From: Cyanobium sp.
GTDB lineage: Bacteria; Cyanobacteriota; Cyanobacteriia; PCC-6307; Cyanobiaceae
Assembly: GCA_014191755.1 (NCBI GenBank)
Contig: BJHE01000009.1
Coordinates: 16,854 to 80,853 of the forward strand
Direction of reading: 5' to 3'
Length of the DNA: 64,000 nt
Part shown: positions 41,474-52,230 of the stretch, piece after piece
How the letters are laid out: each line of letters begins with the position of its first letter
How positions within the stretch are numbered: the stretch's first letter is position 1
The notes under the pieces: generated by a model
What the model was told of the DNA's origin: nothing
The model's database searches: none
Seen by the model: the letters and a program-made list of their open reading frames with translations, nothing else
Program-made: the position numbers and the translations under genes

Positions 41474-42784
41474 CTAGCGATAGTCCTGGGTCTGGATGGC
41501 GCCGAGGCGGGCCTCGGGCCTCAAGAAGCGGTCCATCTGGGCCTCGAAGAACTGGCGGTTCGCCAGCAGGTGCGCTGGATCGGTGTCATCGAGGGGATAG
41601 AGCAGGGCGCAACGCAAGGCCTGGATAACGGCCGAGGTCACGTTGTACATCGAGCGCTGAAAGGTGATGCCCAACTGGATGAGCTGGTCTTCCTCCCCGC
41701 GGCGATGCTGCTTGTAAAGCTCCTGCAGGTAGGGCGGCAGGAAGTGGAGCATGTCCTGCATCAGCAGGGTGGGAGGGATGCCCGCCGAACCGACGGGATA
41801 GACATCGGCGTAGAGAATGCCATAGTGAAAATCGGCCTGGCTCTCGGGCACCTGACCGGCCTGGGCATTATAGCTTTTGGTGCCGCGGAAGGGGGCAGTG
41901 CGATAGAACACCGCTTCCACATAGGGAAGGGCCGCTTCGTAGAGCCAGGTGAATCCTTCCGATTTGGGAATCACCTCGATGCATTCATCGCCCACATAGA
42001 CGTGGTGATAGATCGGTCTGCCGGCCACCGCGAAAATACCGTTTACCAGGAAGTTCATGGCATCGGGCACCCCCTTGAAACCGCCCTCGTCGTAGATGTC
42101 GCTCATCTCGAAGAACACCGGCGCCATCACCTCCCAGAAGAGGCCAAGGTTAGCGTAATAGCTCATCTGCTTCACCTGCTCCATGAACATCTCAGGGAAC
42201 AGTTTGTAGAGGCCCAGCATCACGGGGTTGGCGCGGAAATAGGCCTTGATCGCCCGGTCGGCATTGGCCCGGTAGGCGTCGCTTTCAAGGTAGTCGTAGA
42301 AGCGGCCGCCCATGCCTTGGTGCCAGAGCATGGCCTGCATGCAGGCTTCGGCGAACTCCATGTTGATGCGGTCATGCCAGAGGTGATGGAGCAGCTTCGG
42401 CATCTTGCCCGTTTCACCCTTGGCCATGAACTCCAGCAGTTCCGGGTGAGCCTTCTCACCACCCCGCCAGATGCGCAGCTTTGATTGGTCGCCGGCGTAG
42501 CTGTTGGGCAGATCCAGGTACTCCTGGCTAGGAAAATACTTGAAAGCCGGCAGTGGATTGAGGAACACCCGCTCGGCGATGTAGAGCAGATCGCGCCAGT
42601 AGAAATCCATCGGCACGGCATAGGCCTTGTAGATGCCGATGATCTGCATCAGGTTCTCCGGTGTGTCCGGCAGCATCGAGCCTCCGGCCTCAAGCCGGTG
42701 GATCACCTCGGACCACGGATGGGTGGAAGGGGGGATCAGAGGGGTGCTGGCGGGGGCCTGCGGGGTGGCGGTCGGTGGGGTCAT
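41474..42784 (-). CDS. cupA: CO2 hydration protein CupA (ChpY)
   Basis: IHRLEAGGSMLPDTPENLMQIIGIYKAYAVPMDFYWRDL is the recalled CupA-type, not CupB-type, N terminus; start at MTPPTATP. Confidence 0.92.
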   Translation of the reverse strand: MTPPTATPQAPASTPLIPPSTHPWSEVIHRLEAGGSMLPDTPENLMQIIGIYKAYAVPMDFYWRDLLYIAERVFLNPLPAFKYFPSQEYLDLPNSYAGDQSKLRIWRGGEKAHPELLEFMAKGETGKMPKLLHHLWHDRINMEFAEACMQAMLWHQGMGGRFYDYLESDAYRANADRAIKAYFRANPVMLGLYKLFPEMFMEQVKQMSYYANLGLFWEVMAPVFFEMSDIYDEGGFKGVPDAMNFLVNGIFAVAGRPIYHHVYVGDECIEVIPKSEGFTWLYEAALPYVEAVFYRTAPFRGTKSYNAQAGQVPESQADFHYGILYADVYPVGSAGIPPTLLMQDMLHFLPPYLQELYKQHRRGEEDQLIQLGITFQRSMYNVTSAVIQALRCALLYPLDDTDPAHLLANRQFFEAQMDRFLRPEARLGAIQTQDYR

Positions 42785-42932
42785 GGCGGCAGGTGGGCCG
42801 GGGCCGTGAAGGGGTGGAAGCAGGAATCTCCTTGGCCTTGATGGACCCGAATCGGGCATCGACGAGGGCTGAGGAATGGCAGACGGATGGAGTCGGGATT
42901 GGTCGGTCGCTGCTGGGCAACCCGGCTGGAGC

Positions 42933-44480
42933 TCAACCGGTGGTGGAATCGCCGGCAGGCAAGAGGGCAGCGAGGGTGGGAGCGCCGCCGCTGCGAACTC
43001 GGGCGCTCGCCAGCTGGGCGGATGGGATGCCGGAGCGCAGGGCCAGGCCGCTGGTGGCGCGTTCACTCCAGCCCACCAGACTCTGGGGCCAGATCCCGGC
43101 GGCGATAATCAGCAGGCTGAGGGCCAGGGCCGGAAACCGTTCGCCCCAGCGGGTGGCTTGCCAGTCGGCCCGGTCGTTGTCGAGGCGGCCGAATCCCACC
43201 CGGTTGAACAGGCGGATGGCGTAGACCGCCGTGAGACCCGAGGCCAGCAGGCAGATCAGGGTGGCGCGAGGGAAGGTGGTCCAGCTGCCCTCGAACACCA
43301 GCAGCTCGGCCGGGAACCCTGCCAGACCGGGAATGCCAGCGGCGGCCATCAGGGCCAGCAGGAGCATGCCGGCGGTGAAGGGGAGGCCTCGCAGGGGGTT
43401 GAGCAGACCGGAGAGCTCGGCAATCGCCGTTGTGCCGGTCTTGCGCTCGATCAATCCCTCGCAGGCGAACATCAGGGCCACGATCAGCCCGTGGGCCAGG
43501 ATCTGGGCCACAGCGCCCTGGAGGCTCATCGGGGTGGCGGCGGCGATGGCGAGCACCAGCAGCCCCATGTGGCCCAGGGAGCTGTAGGCCATCAGCAGGC
43601 GGATGTCGGCCTGTGCGATGGCATTAAGGGCACCGTAAACCACACTCACGGCTCCGGCGGCGGCGATCCACGGCGACCAGGCGGCCCAGGTTTCGGGAAG
43701 AAAGCCCACACCGAAACGGAGCAATCCATAGGCCCCCAGATTGGAGACGCAGCCAGCCAGAAGCATCACCACGGGCGTGGGCGACTGGCCATAGGTGAGG
43801 GGCTGCCATCCGTGCAGCGGCACGATCGGCAGCTTGAGGCCGAAGCCCAGCAGCAGAAGAACAAGCACCCAGCGGCTGGCCTGGGGAGTGAGGGAAACGT
43901 GGGCGAGATCGGCGTAGCTGAAGCTGAGGCCGTTGCGGTTCATCCAGCCCAGCGCCAGTACAGCGCCCAGGAGGCTGAGGCCTGAAACGGCGCCATACAT
44001 CAGATAACGGATCGCGCCTCCGGCCCGCTTCTCGCCGCCCCAGATCGCCACCAACAGGGTGGTGGGGATCAGCACCAGCTCGAAGGCCAGCACGAAGAGC
44101 AGGGCATTGCGAGCCAGTAAGGCCCCCGCCACGCCAAGGTTGGTGGCCAAAAGGAGGGGGAAGAACAGACGGGGGCGGCTCTGGTCGGCAGGAGTGGCAA
44201 GGATCGCCAGGGTGGTGATCAACGCCGTGAGCAGCACCAGGGGAAGCGTCAGGCCATCGAGACCTAGGTCGAAGGTGAGACCCAGCTTCGGCAGCCAGGC
44301 CAGCTGCAGATCGGCCGGGGCGTCCCGCCAGCAGGCCAGGCCCACCAGCAGTTGGGCAGCGGTGCTGAGGGCCGCCAGGCTGCGCACCCTCGCCGAAGCG
44401 GTGGTGGCGGGCAGCAGTGGAAGGAGCAGGGCCGCGACCAGGGGCAAGCCCGCCAGCAGGAGCAGTGACAGGGATGGCAT
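42933..44480 (-). CDS. ndhD3: NDH-1 subunit D3
   Basis: NuoM-family motifs FELVLIP, KLPIVPLHGWQP, AYSSLGHMG; lies between ndhF3 and cupA. Confidence 0.9.
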   Translation of the reverse strand: MPSLSLLLLAGLPLVAALLLPLLPATTASARVRSLAALSTAAQLLVGLACWRDAPADLQLAWLPKLGLTFDLGLDGLTLPLVLLTALITTLAILATPADQSRPRLFFPLLLATNLGVAGALLARNALLFVLAFELVLIPTTLLVAIWGGEKRAGGAIRYLMYGAVSGLSLLGAVLALGWMNRNGLSFSYADLAHVSLTPQASRWVLVLLLLGFGLKLPIVPLHGWQPLTYGQSPTPVVMLLAGCVSNLGAYGLLRFGVGFLPETWAAWSPWIAAAGAVSVVYGALNAIAQADIRLLMAYSSLGHMGLLVLAIAAATPMSLQGAVAQILAHGLIVALMFACEGLIERKTGTTAIAELSGLLNPLRGLPFTAGMLLLALMAAAGIPGLAGFPAELLVFEGSWTTFPRATLICLLASGLTAVYAIRLFNRVGFGRLDNDRADWQATRWGERFPALALSLLIIAAGIWPQSLVGWSERATSGLALRSGIPSAQLASARVRSGGAPTLAALLPAGDSTTG

Positions 44481-46408
44481 CAGCGAAGCGGGCGAAGGAG
44501 ATCGGGGGATGGGGTGCCCTGGCCGGAGAGCAACCAGGCGGCCATCAGCAGCACGCCGAGCACGAGGGTGAGGGCATAGGCCTGGGAGCGGCCGGAGGTG
44601 GTGAGGCTGAGGCGACGGGCCCCCTCCAGGGCGGCCTCGCCGGTGGCGCCGCTGAAACCATCCACCAGCCGTTGATCGGACCAGGCGCTGAGCCGGGCCA
44701 GACCCACCACCAGACCCACCACGGTGCGGTGATAAAAGCGCTCGGTCTGCATGTCGTGGGCCAGCCAGTCCTGCAGGCCACCGAGTGCCGCCGGCAGATG
44801 GGCCAGGGGATGGGGGCGCAGGTAGAAGAGGGCGGAGAGCCCGCCTCCTACCAGGGTGGAGAGCAACAGGGGTAGGGCCTCAGGGCCCCAGCCCGGAATC
44901 GGCAGCAGGGAACCGGCGGAGGCGAACACCCCACTGCGCACCAGGATCTGAGGCAGATGGAGCACCAGGCCCGTGAGCAGCAAGGTGGGAAGGGCCATCA
45001 GCCAGAGCACCTCCGGCGAGCGGGTGGTGAACACCGAGGGACGGCCGCCCCAGATCAAGCCAAACACCCGGATCAGACCGGCGCTGATCAGGGCATTGGT
45101 GAGTAGCACCAGGGCCCCCAGCAAAGCGGGCTGGCCGCTGGTGGTGGTGAGGACCAGGAGTTCCCGCAGGGCCGCGAATCCTCCGAAGGGAGGCAGGGCC
45201 ATCAGCCCAGCGGCACCGCTGAGGAAGGCGATGCCCATCAAGGGGCGCTTGCTCCACAGACCCCCCAGCTGGGTGAGGTCCTGGGTCACGTTGGTGAGCA
45301 CGATCGCGCCGATCGCCATCAGCATCAGGGCCATCGGCAGGGGATACACGAGCATCAGGTGATCGGCCACCGGGATGCCCCCCAGACCCACCGCCACGAA
45401 CAGCAGACCCAGCCAGCTGCTCACCAGGAAGGAGAGGGCCCGCTTCACATCGATCTGGGCCAGGGCGATCAGAGAACCGACAAGGGCACTGGTGCCGCCC
45501 ACCACCACCAGCAGGCTGGCGGCCAGCGGACTCAGCTCGATCAGCGGCTCTAGACGCAGCAGCACCCAGGCACCGCCCACCACCACCACCGAGTTGCGCA
45601 GCACCGTGGAGGGCAGGGGGCTCTCCATCGCCTCATCCAGCCAGAGGTGGAGAGGAATCTGGGCGCACTTGCCCATCGGCCCGGCGATCAGGGCGAGCAC
45701 GATCAGGGTGTAGCCACCCGGCAGAGCCAAATGGTTGTTGGCCTGGTCGGCGGCCCAGGCCTGCAGGCCGTGGAAGTTCCAGGTGCCGGTGATCGGCAGC
45801 AGGGCGATCACCCCAGCCAACAGGATCAGGTCGCCGATCCGCTTGGTAAGGAAGGCATCGCGGGCCCCCTTCACCACCAGTGGCTGGTTGTACCAGGTGC
45901 CCACGATCAGGTAGGTGCCCAGGGTGAGCAGCTCCATGATCACGTAGCTGAAGAACAGGGAATCTGTGAGCACCAGGGCGCAGAGGCCGGATTCAAAGAA
46001 GCTCAGGGAGCCGAAGAAACGGGGCCAGCCCCAGTCCATCTCCAGGTAGGCGATCGAATAGATCTGCACCAGCACATGCAGGCCGGTGATCAGCGTCATC
46101 GCGATTAGCGCGGGCTCGGTGATCACGCCGTCGAAGCCGATGCGCAGGCCGGCGGTCTGCAGCCAGGTCCAGCCGAAGGTGAGCGGTTGGTAGATCGCCG
46201 CCGAGCCCGCAGTGGAATTGGAGTGCAGGGCCACCAGAGCCAGCACGCTATGAACAAAGGACACACTCACCAGCAGGAGATTGAGATACCCGCAGGGCCG
46301 CGGTCCGGTGCGGGAGATCAGCCCCGGCGACCACAGAAGGGAGAGCAGGGATGCCAGCAAGGGGTAGAGCGGCACCAACCAGGCCGTCTGGGCGAGAAAC
46401 AGGGTCAT
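44480..46408 (-). CDS. ndhF3: NDH-1 subunit F3
   Basis: SPGLISRTGPRPCGY, YLEMDWGWPRFF, PLHLWLDEAMESP. Confidence 0.92.
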   Translation of the reverse strand: MTLFLAQTAWLVPLYPLLASLLSLLWSPGLISRTGPRPCGYLNLLLVSVSFVHSVLALVALHSNSTAGSAAIYQPLTFGWTWLQTAGLRIGFDGVITEPALIAMTLITGLHVLVQIYSIAYLEMDWGWPRFFGSLSFFESGLCALVLTDSLFFSYVIMELLTLGTYLIVGTWYNQPLVVKGARDAFLTKRIGDLILLAGVIALLPITGTWNFHGLQAWAADQANNHLALPGGYTLIVLALIAGPMGKCAQIPLHLWLDEAMESPLPSTVLRNSVVVVGGAWVLLRLEPLIELSPLAASLLVVVGGTSALVGSLIALAQIDVKRALSFLVSSWLGLLFVAVGLGGIPVADHLMLVYPLPMALMLMAIGAIVLTNVTQDLTQLGGLWSKRPLMGIAFLSGAAGLMALPPFGGFAALRELLVLTTTSGQPALLGALVLLTNALISAGLIRVFGLIWGGRPSVFTTRSPEVLWLMALPTLLLTGLVLHLPQILVRSGVFASAGSLLPIPGWGPEALPLLLSTLVGGGLSALFYLRPHPLAHLPAALGGLQDWLAHDMQTERFYHRTVVGLVVGLARLSAWSDQRLVDGFSGATGEAALEGARRLSLTTSGRSQAYALTLVLGVLLMAAWLLSGQGTPSPDLLRPLR

Positions 46409-46626
46409 AGCGGCGGGGACAAGGGATCCGAGAAGGACGATTGGCCGCGAACCTTAAGGGATTTGGAGCGCCTTGGGTTGCATCGCACCGAAGCGATACC
46501 TATGGATGGGTCAAGCAATGGTGATCCGTGCCACCCCAATGCCCCGGGCGATTCACCGCATCGCTCGTTGGTTCGCATCCCTACAGAACGACCTGACCCT
46601 GCTGGCAGAGTGATTCAAACCTCGGC

Positions 46627-46890
46627 ATGGCCATGGCTTGCGAGCGATGCGGATGCCGGATGGTGGTTAGGGCAAGGGGAGGCCAGGGCGAGCTCATCTG
46701 CACCGACTGCGGCCACCGGGCGGATCCGCTGCTGCATGGCGAGCGCATGCGTCGAGCCTGGCTTGGGGTGGTCGCTCTGCTGGCCATTGCCCTGGTGGGT
46801 GGCCTGATCTTCACCCTCGCGCTCCTTCAGGACGCCCACCACCTCGATTCCCCCGGGGCTGAATCAAGGGGGCAGCAACGCGCTGAATGA
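46627..46890 (+). CDS. Small Zn-ribbon membrane protein
   Basis: CERC...CTDC Cys pairs followed by one TM helix; divergent from ndhF3. Confidence 0.65.
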   Translation: MAMACERCGCRMVVRARGGQGELICTDCGHRADPLLHGERMRRAWLGVVALLAIALVGGLIFTLALLQDAHHLDSPGAESRGQQRAE

Positions 46891-46940
46891 GCAGGAGTGG
46901 CGCCGGGACGGCCCCCCGGCAGCCCAACAGCCAAAGAAGA

Positions 46941-47654
46941 TCACGGAGGCAGGCGGCTGCCTCTAGGCCGCCGTGAACGCACAATCAGGGCGATCACGGC
47001 GGCCGCAGCCAGGCCCAGGAGCAAAAGGCTGCTGATCTGGCCATAGGGGGCAGTGAACTGGCTCACCTGGCCGTAGCCGGCGCCCAGGGCGCGGCCCAGG
47101 AGGGTGAGCAGCGTGACCCACAGCAGGCTGCCCGCGAGGGTGGCGAGCAGAAACAGGCCCATGGGCATGGCTTCCAGGCCGGCCGGCACCGAGATCAGGG
47201 TGCGGATGCCGGGAACCAGGCGCCCCCAGAACACAAGGCCAAGCCCATGGCGGGCGAACCAGGTGCGGCTGGCGGTGAGATCCTCCTGGTCGAGGCCGAT
47301 CCTGCGGCCGTGGAGCCCAATCCAGCGGATCAGCCGCTCCTCGCCGAACCAGCGCCCCAGCCCATACCAGAACCAGCACCCCAGCACCGTGCCGGCCGTG
47401 CCCACCAAGATCACCGGCACCAGCTCCAGGCGGCCCTGCTGGACCAGAACACCACCAAGGGGCTGGATCAGTTCCGAGGGAATCGGAGGAATGAGATTTT
47501 CCAGGAACATCGCCAGACCAAGGGCCAGATAGCCCAGCCTTGGATCCCGCGCCACGGCGGCCTCAATCCAGCCGGGAAGCTCACCAATCCAGTCTCCCCA
47601 ACCAGCAAGGAGCTGCGGAAAGACCTGGATTGGGCTTGCGGCATCAACCATCAA
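46941..47654 (-). CDS. dedA: DedA-family membrane protein (1)
   Basis: ENLIPPIPSE, GRLVPGIRTLISVPAG; probable ATG at 47651. Confidence 0.9.
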   Translation of the reverse strand: MMVDAASPIQVFPQLLAGWGDWIGELPGWIEAAVARDPRLGYLALGLAMFLENLIPPIPSELIQPLGGVLVQQGRLELVPVILVGTAGTVLGCWFWYGLGRWFGEERLIRWIGLHGRRIGLDQEDLTASRTWFARHGLGLVFWGRLVPGIRTLISVPAGLEAMPMGLFLLATLAGSLLWVTLLTLLGRALGAGYGQVSQFTAPYGQISSLLLLGLAAAAVIALIVRSRRPRGSRLPP

Positions 47655-47681
47655 CCATCAACCATCAACCATCAACCATCA
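47642..47681. repeat. Heptamer tandem repeat (CATCAAC)x5 + partial
   Basis: Five perfect copies at 47642-47676, then CATCA; overlaps the dedA start. Confidence 0.97.
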
Positions 47682-47695
47682 TCACTTTGATGGAT

Positions 47696-50506
47696 TCAGG
47701 CATCGGCATGCAGGCCGCGGCGCCACTGGCGCCAGATCTTCTCAAGCTCCAGATAAAGGAAGAACAACAGGCTGAAGGCCACACAGATCATCAGTTCATG
47801 GCCGCTCAGGGGCTGGGTGCCGAAGAACTTGGCCAGAGCAGGCACGTAGAGCAGCAGCAATTGCAGCCCCGAAGTAAGCACCACCGCCCAGAGCAGCCAG
47901 GGGTTGGAAAAGGGGGGCACCTGGATCAGGGGGAGGTCGCTGCGGGCTGAGAGGGCATGGCCCATCTGGGCCAGGCAGAGGGTGGTGAACACCATGGTCT
48001 TCCAGTGATCACGGCTGTGAACCGACGCATAGAGCATCAACGCGATCACGATCACGGCGAACACTACCCCGATGCGCAGGATGTAGGAGCCGATGCCGCG
48101 GGCGAAAATCGATTCACCGGGTTCGGCCGGGGCCCGCTCCATCAACCCCGCCTCACCGGGCTCCAGGGCCAGGGCCAGGGCGGGCACGCCGTCGGTCACC
48201 AGGTTCATCCAGAGGATCTGGAGCGGCGTCAGCGGCACGCCGGTCAGGCCCAGCAGCGGCGCCGAGGCGATCGTGATCAGTTCCCCCACATTGCTGCCAA
48301 GGATGTACTTCACGAAGCGGCGGATGTTGGCGTAGACCAGCCGCCCTTCCTCAACGGCACTCACGATCGTGGCGAAGTTGTCGTCAAGGAGCACCATGTC
48401 GGCGGCCTCCTTGCTCACCTCGGTGCCGGTGATGCCCATCGCCACGCCGATGTGGGCCTGCTTGAGGGCCGGGGCGTCGTTGACGCCATCGCCGGTCATC
48501 GCGACCACCTGGCCGTTCGACTGCAGCGCCTTCACGATCCGCAGCTTCTGCTCCGGTGCCACGCGCGCATAGACATTGCAACGGGCCACCGCCTCCTTCA
48601 GGGCGGGCTCCTCCATTGCCTCGAGCTCGCGGCCGAGGATCACCTCACCCTGCTCATCGGTGAGGCCGATGGCACTGCCGATCGCCCGGGCGGTGAGGGG
48701 ATGATCGCCGGTGATCATCACCGGCCTAATACCCGCCTGGCGGCAGGTGGCCACAGCCTTGGCCACCTCGGGCCGGGCCGGATCCAGCTGGGCCATCAGA
48801 CCCAGCAGCACCTGACCCTCCAGAGGCTCATCGGGGCTGGAGTGATGGGGCGCGCAGGCGAAGGCCAGCACCCTTAGACCAGAGCCCGCCAGCTGGCGGG
48901 CCTGCTCCAGCCACCACTGCTGCTGGGGCCCACCCATCGCCACCACGCCTTGGCCATCGATCCAGCGATCGCAGAGGCCGATGATCACCTCAGGGGCCCC
49001 CTTGCTGATCAGCAGGCTGGGACTGCCGCTGGCGCTACTGCCAAGGGGAGCCTGCAGGGCGTGGTTGGGATCCTCGATCCACACGGCCATCAACTGGCGT
49101 TCGGAGCTGAAGGGGATCTCGGCGGCCCGGCGGAAGTGGCTGCGCAATTCAAAATCATCGATGCCAGCCTTCAGGGCCACCACCGAGAGGGCCCCCTCGG
49201 TTGGATCTCCGAGAATTTCCCAGCTGCCATCGGCCAGCTGCCGGTGTTCGGCGTCGCTGCAGAGCACGCCGGCCTGGAGCAGGAGGGTACTGGCCCCCTC
49301 GACGCTGCCCGGACGGGCCCCTGGGGGGGATTCCAGCGACGAGGCAGTGATCGTGCCGGCCGGGTCGTACCCCTGACCGGTCACGGCCAGCCGTTCGGTG
49401 CCCACTCTTAGCTCCTGCACCACCTGGCGGTTCTGGGTGAGGGTGCCTGTCTTGTCGGAGCAGATCACGGTGACCGAACCCAGCCCCTCCACCGCCGGCA
49501 GGCGACGGATCAGGGCGGCGCGGCGCACCATCCGCTGGGTACCGATCGCCAGGGTCACGGTGATCACGGCCGGCAGACCCTCCGGCACGATCGCCACCGC
49601 CATCGACAGCGCCACCTCCAGCAGGTTGAGCGGATCCTGGCCCAGCAGCAGACCCAGGGCCACCACCACCGCCACCAGTGCCAGGGCGCTGACCACCAAC
49701 ACATTGGCCAGGCCATCGAGCCGCTGCTGGAGGGGGGTGCTCTCGCCGCCGGCGGTGTTGATCAGTTCGGCGATCTGGCCCAGTTCGGTGGCCATGCCGG
49801 TGGCCGTGACCAGGGCCACACCCCGGCCGCGCACCACTTCGGTGCCCTGGAACAAGCAGTTCTTGCGCTCCAGGACCGGCGTGGTGTTCTCGAGCACCAG
49901 ATCAGATTTCTTGAACACGGCCTCGGCCTCGCCGGTGAGGGCTGCCTCGCGCAGCCCCAGGTCGGCCTCCTCCAGCAGGCGGGCATCGGCGGGCACCCGA
50001 TCGCCCGCCTCAAGGCGGATCAGGTCGCCGGGTACCAGGTGCTCGCTGCTGATCCGCTGCCAGGTGCCGTCGCGGCGCACCTGCACCAGGGGTTGGGCCA
50101 TGTCGCGGAGCGCCAGCAGGGCCTGCTGGGCCTTGCTCTCCTGGAGGTAACCCAGCAGACCGTTCAGCACCACGATCACCAGGATCGCGATGGCGTCTTT
50201 GGGGAATTCCTTCTGATGAATCGAAACGGCAGCGGAGACGGCCGCCACCGCCAGCAGCATGATCAACATCACGTTGCTGAACTGGTCGCGCAGGATCTCC
50301 CAAGTGCTGCGACCGGCCGAAAGCTCCAGCCGATTGGGTCCGCGCTCGGCCAGGCGTCGGGAACTCTCGGCTGTATCGAGACCCTCTGGGCCCACGCCGA
50401 GACGGTGTTGACATTCGACAGCGCTAAGACCATGCCAAGGGATGGACCCGTGGGAAGCCTCCCCTGGAGGAAGCGCCGCGGCAGTGGTTGGAAGCGATGC
50501 GGTCAA
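47696..50506 (-). CDS. P-type cation ATPase, P2A (Ca2+-type)
   Basis: [42 protein letters not shown]; start taken at TTG 50506 (uncertain). Confidence 0.92.
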   Translation of the reverse strand: MTASLPTTAAALPPGEASHGSIPWHGLSAVECQHRLGVGPEGLDTAESSRRLAERGPNRLELSAGRSTWEILRDQFSNVMLIMLLAVAAVSAAVSIHQKEFPKDAIAILVIVVLNGLLGYLQESKAQQALLALRDMAQPLVQVRRDGTWQRISSEHLVPGDLIRLEAGDRVPADARLLEEADLGLREAALTGEAEAVFKKSDLVLENTTPVLERKNCLFQGTEVVRGRGVALVTATGMATELGQIAELINTAGGESTPLQQRLDGLANVLVVSALALVAVVVALGLLLGQDPLNLLEVALSMAVAIVPEGLPAVITVTLAIGTQRMVRRAALIRRLPAVEGLGSVTVICSDKTGTLTQNRQVVQELRVGTERLAVTGQGYDPAGTITASSLESPPGARPGSVEGASTLLLQAGVLCSDAEHRQLADGSWEILGDPTEGALSVVALKAGIDDFELRSHFRRAAEIPFSSERQLMAVWIEDPNHALQAPLGSSASGSPSLLISKGAPEVIIGLCDRWIDGQGVVAMGGPQQQWWLEQARQLAGSGLRVLAFACAPHHSSPDEPLEGQVLLGLMAQLDPARPEVAKAVATCRQAGIRPVMITGDHPLTARAIGSAIGLTDEQGEVILGRELEAMEEPALKEAVARCNVYARVAPEQKLRIVKALQSNGQVVAMTGDGVNDAPALKQAHIGVAMGITGTEVSKEAADMVLLDDNFATIVSAVEEGRLVYANIRRFVKYILGSNVGELITIASAPLLGLTGVPLTPLQILWMNLVTDGVPALALALEPGEAGLMERAPAEPGESIFARGIGSYILRIGVVFAVIVIALMLYASVHSRDHWKTMVFTTLCLAQMGHALSARSDLPLIQVPPFSNPWLLWAVVLTSGLQLLLLYVPALAKFFGTQPLSGHELMICVAFSLLFFLYLELEKIWRQWRRGLHADA

Positions 50507-50596
50507 GGGGCCGGAGCGGCGGTCGGGGCAAGAGTAACCATGTCGGCGGCGCCGTAGGTTCCGTGGGCGAACCTTCACGCCGAACGTCGCCCGGGA

Positions 50597-52220
50597 ATGC
50601 CGATCATCTCCAGGCTCGACAACCTCCGCAGGGTGCTAGTCGGCTCACCGTCGCCCACCAGTGCCCAGCACGAGGAGCGCTTCAACAACGCGGATGCGCT
50701 GGCGATCCTGAGCTCCGATGCCCTCTCATCGGTGGCCTACGCCACCCAGGAGATCGTGCAGGTGCTGGGTATGGCGGGCAGCGCCGCCCTGGGCCTCACC
50801 CTGCCGATCACCGGCCTGGTGGCGGGCGCCTCCCTCTCGATCGACTACTTGCTCACCGTGGCCGTGAGCGTGGCCGCCGGCATCGCCGCCCTCACCTCCT
50901 ACTTCCCCGGCCTCGACACCTAACGCGTGCCGCTCTGCCTGGTGGCGCTGCTGCCGCTGATGGTGGCCAACCTGCGGGGCGTGAGCTCCAGCGCCAAGCT
51001 GCTCAGCTTCCCCACCTACCTCTTCATGAGGGTTTCATGGGAGTGGTGATCGTGATGCTGGTGGCCGGGGCCGTCAAGGCCTTCGGAGGCACCCTGCCAT
51101 CGCTGAGCCCTGAGGCGCAGAAGCGGCTGCTGGCCCCGACCCTCGAGGCGGAGGGGGTCAGCTGATGGCGATCGGACCGGTGCTGCTGATGCGGGCTTTC
51201 AGCTCCGGCTGCGCCGCCCTCACCGGCATCGAGGCGATCAGCGACAGCGTGGCGGCCTTCCGGCCGGTGGAGTGGCGCAACGCCCGCAAGGTGCTCACCG
51301 CGATGGTGCTGCTGCTGGCCGCCAACACCGCCTACGCCGATTTCCCGCCCCTGGCGGCCTTCCTGGCCCAGGACGGCTTCCTGCCCCGCCAGCTGGCCTC
51401 CCTGGCGGACCGGCTGGTGTTCAGCAACGGCATCTTCGCCCTGAGTGGCTGTGCCGCCCTGCTGTTGGTGATCTTCAATGCCAGCGTGACCCGGCTGATC
51501 CCGCTCTGTGCGGTGGGGATGTTCATCAGCTTCACCCTCTCCCAGGCCGGCATGGTGGTGCACTGGTGGAAGGGAAAAGGCCAGGGCTGGCTGGGCAAGG
51601 CCCTGGTGAATGGGGTTGGTGCGGCCAACACCGCGGTGATGAGTCTGGTGCTGCCCTACAGCAAGTTCACTTACGGCGCCTGGTTGGTGCTGGTGGCGAT
51701 TCCGCTGCTGATCACCCTGTTCCTGAGAATCCGCAGCCACTACGACGTCGTGGCCCGGCGGCTGCGGATGTCCGCCGACAAGCTGATCAAACTGCCGGAC
51801 CCACCCGTTTCCGGTGGCTTGCCCACCGTGGTGCTGGTGGGCCAGCTGCACCGCGGCAGCTTCGAGGCGATCCGCTTTGCCCGCAGCGTGGCCAGCGATC
51901 TGGCGGCGGTTCATGTGGACCTAGGAGGCAACCGAACCAAGGCCTTCATCGAGCAATGGGAGCGCCAGATGCCCGATGTACGGCTGGTGGTGCTCGATTC
52001 CCCCTACCGCTCCTTGGTGGATCCGGTGGTGGATTTCGTGAAGCAGTTCGAGCTCGAACACCGCAAGGACCGCAACCGCTTCTGCATGATCGTGCTGCCG
52101 GTGTTCGTGACCCAGCACCGCTGGGAGAACCTGCTGCACAACCAAAGCACGATTCTGCTGCGTCAGGCCCTGAGGAAACAGGGCACGCGGGTGGTCACCA
52201 CCGTGGGCTTCTATCTCTAG
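50597..52220 (+). pseudogene. Degraded KimA-like APC-family permease
   Basis: LSSDALSSVAY and GCAALTGIEAISD motifs; TAA at 50921-50923, 11-bp insertion at 51029-51039, frameshift near 51153-51165, two apparent in-frame deletions. Confidence 0.88.
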
Positions 52221-52230
52221 GAGTCGGCGA

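Noticed and set aside
46409-46626. CcmR/NdhR operator upstream of ndhF3
   Set aside because: No ATAG-N8-CTAT; only isolated half-site-like sequence.
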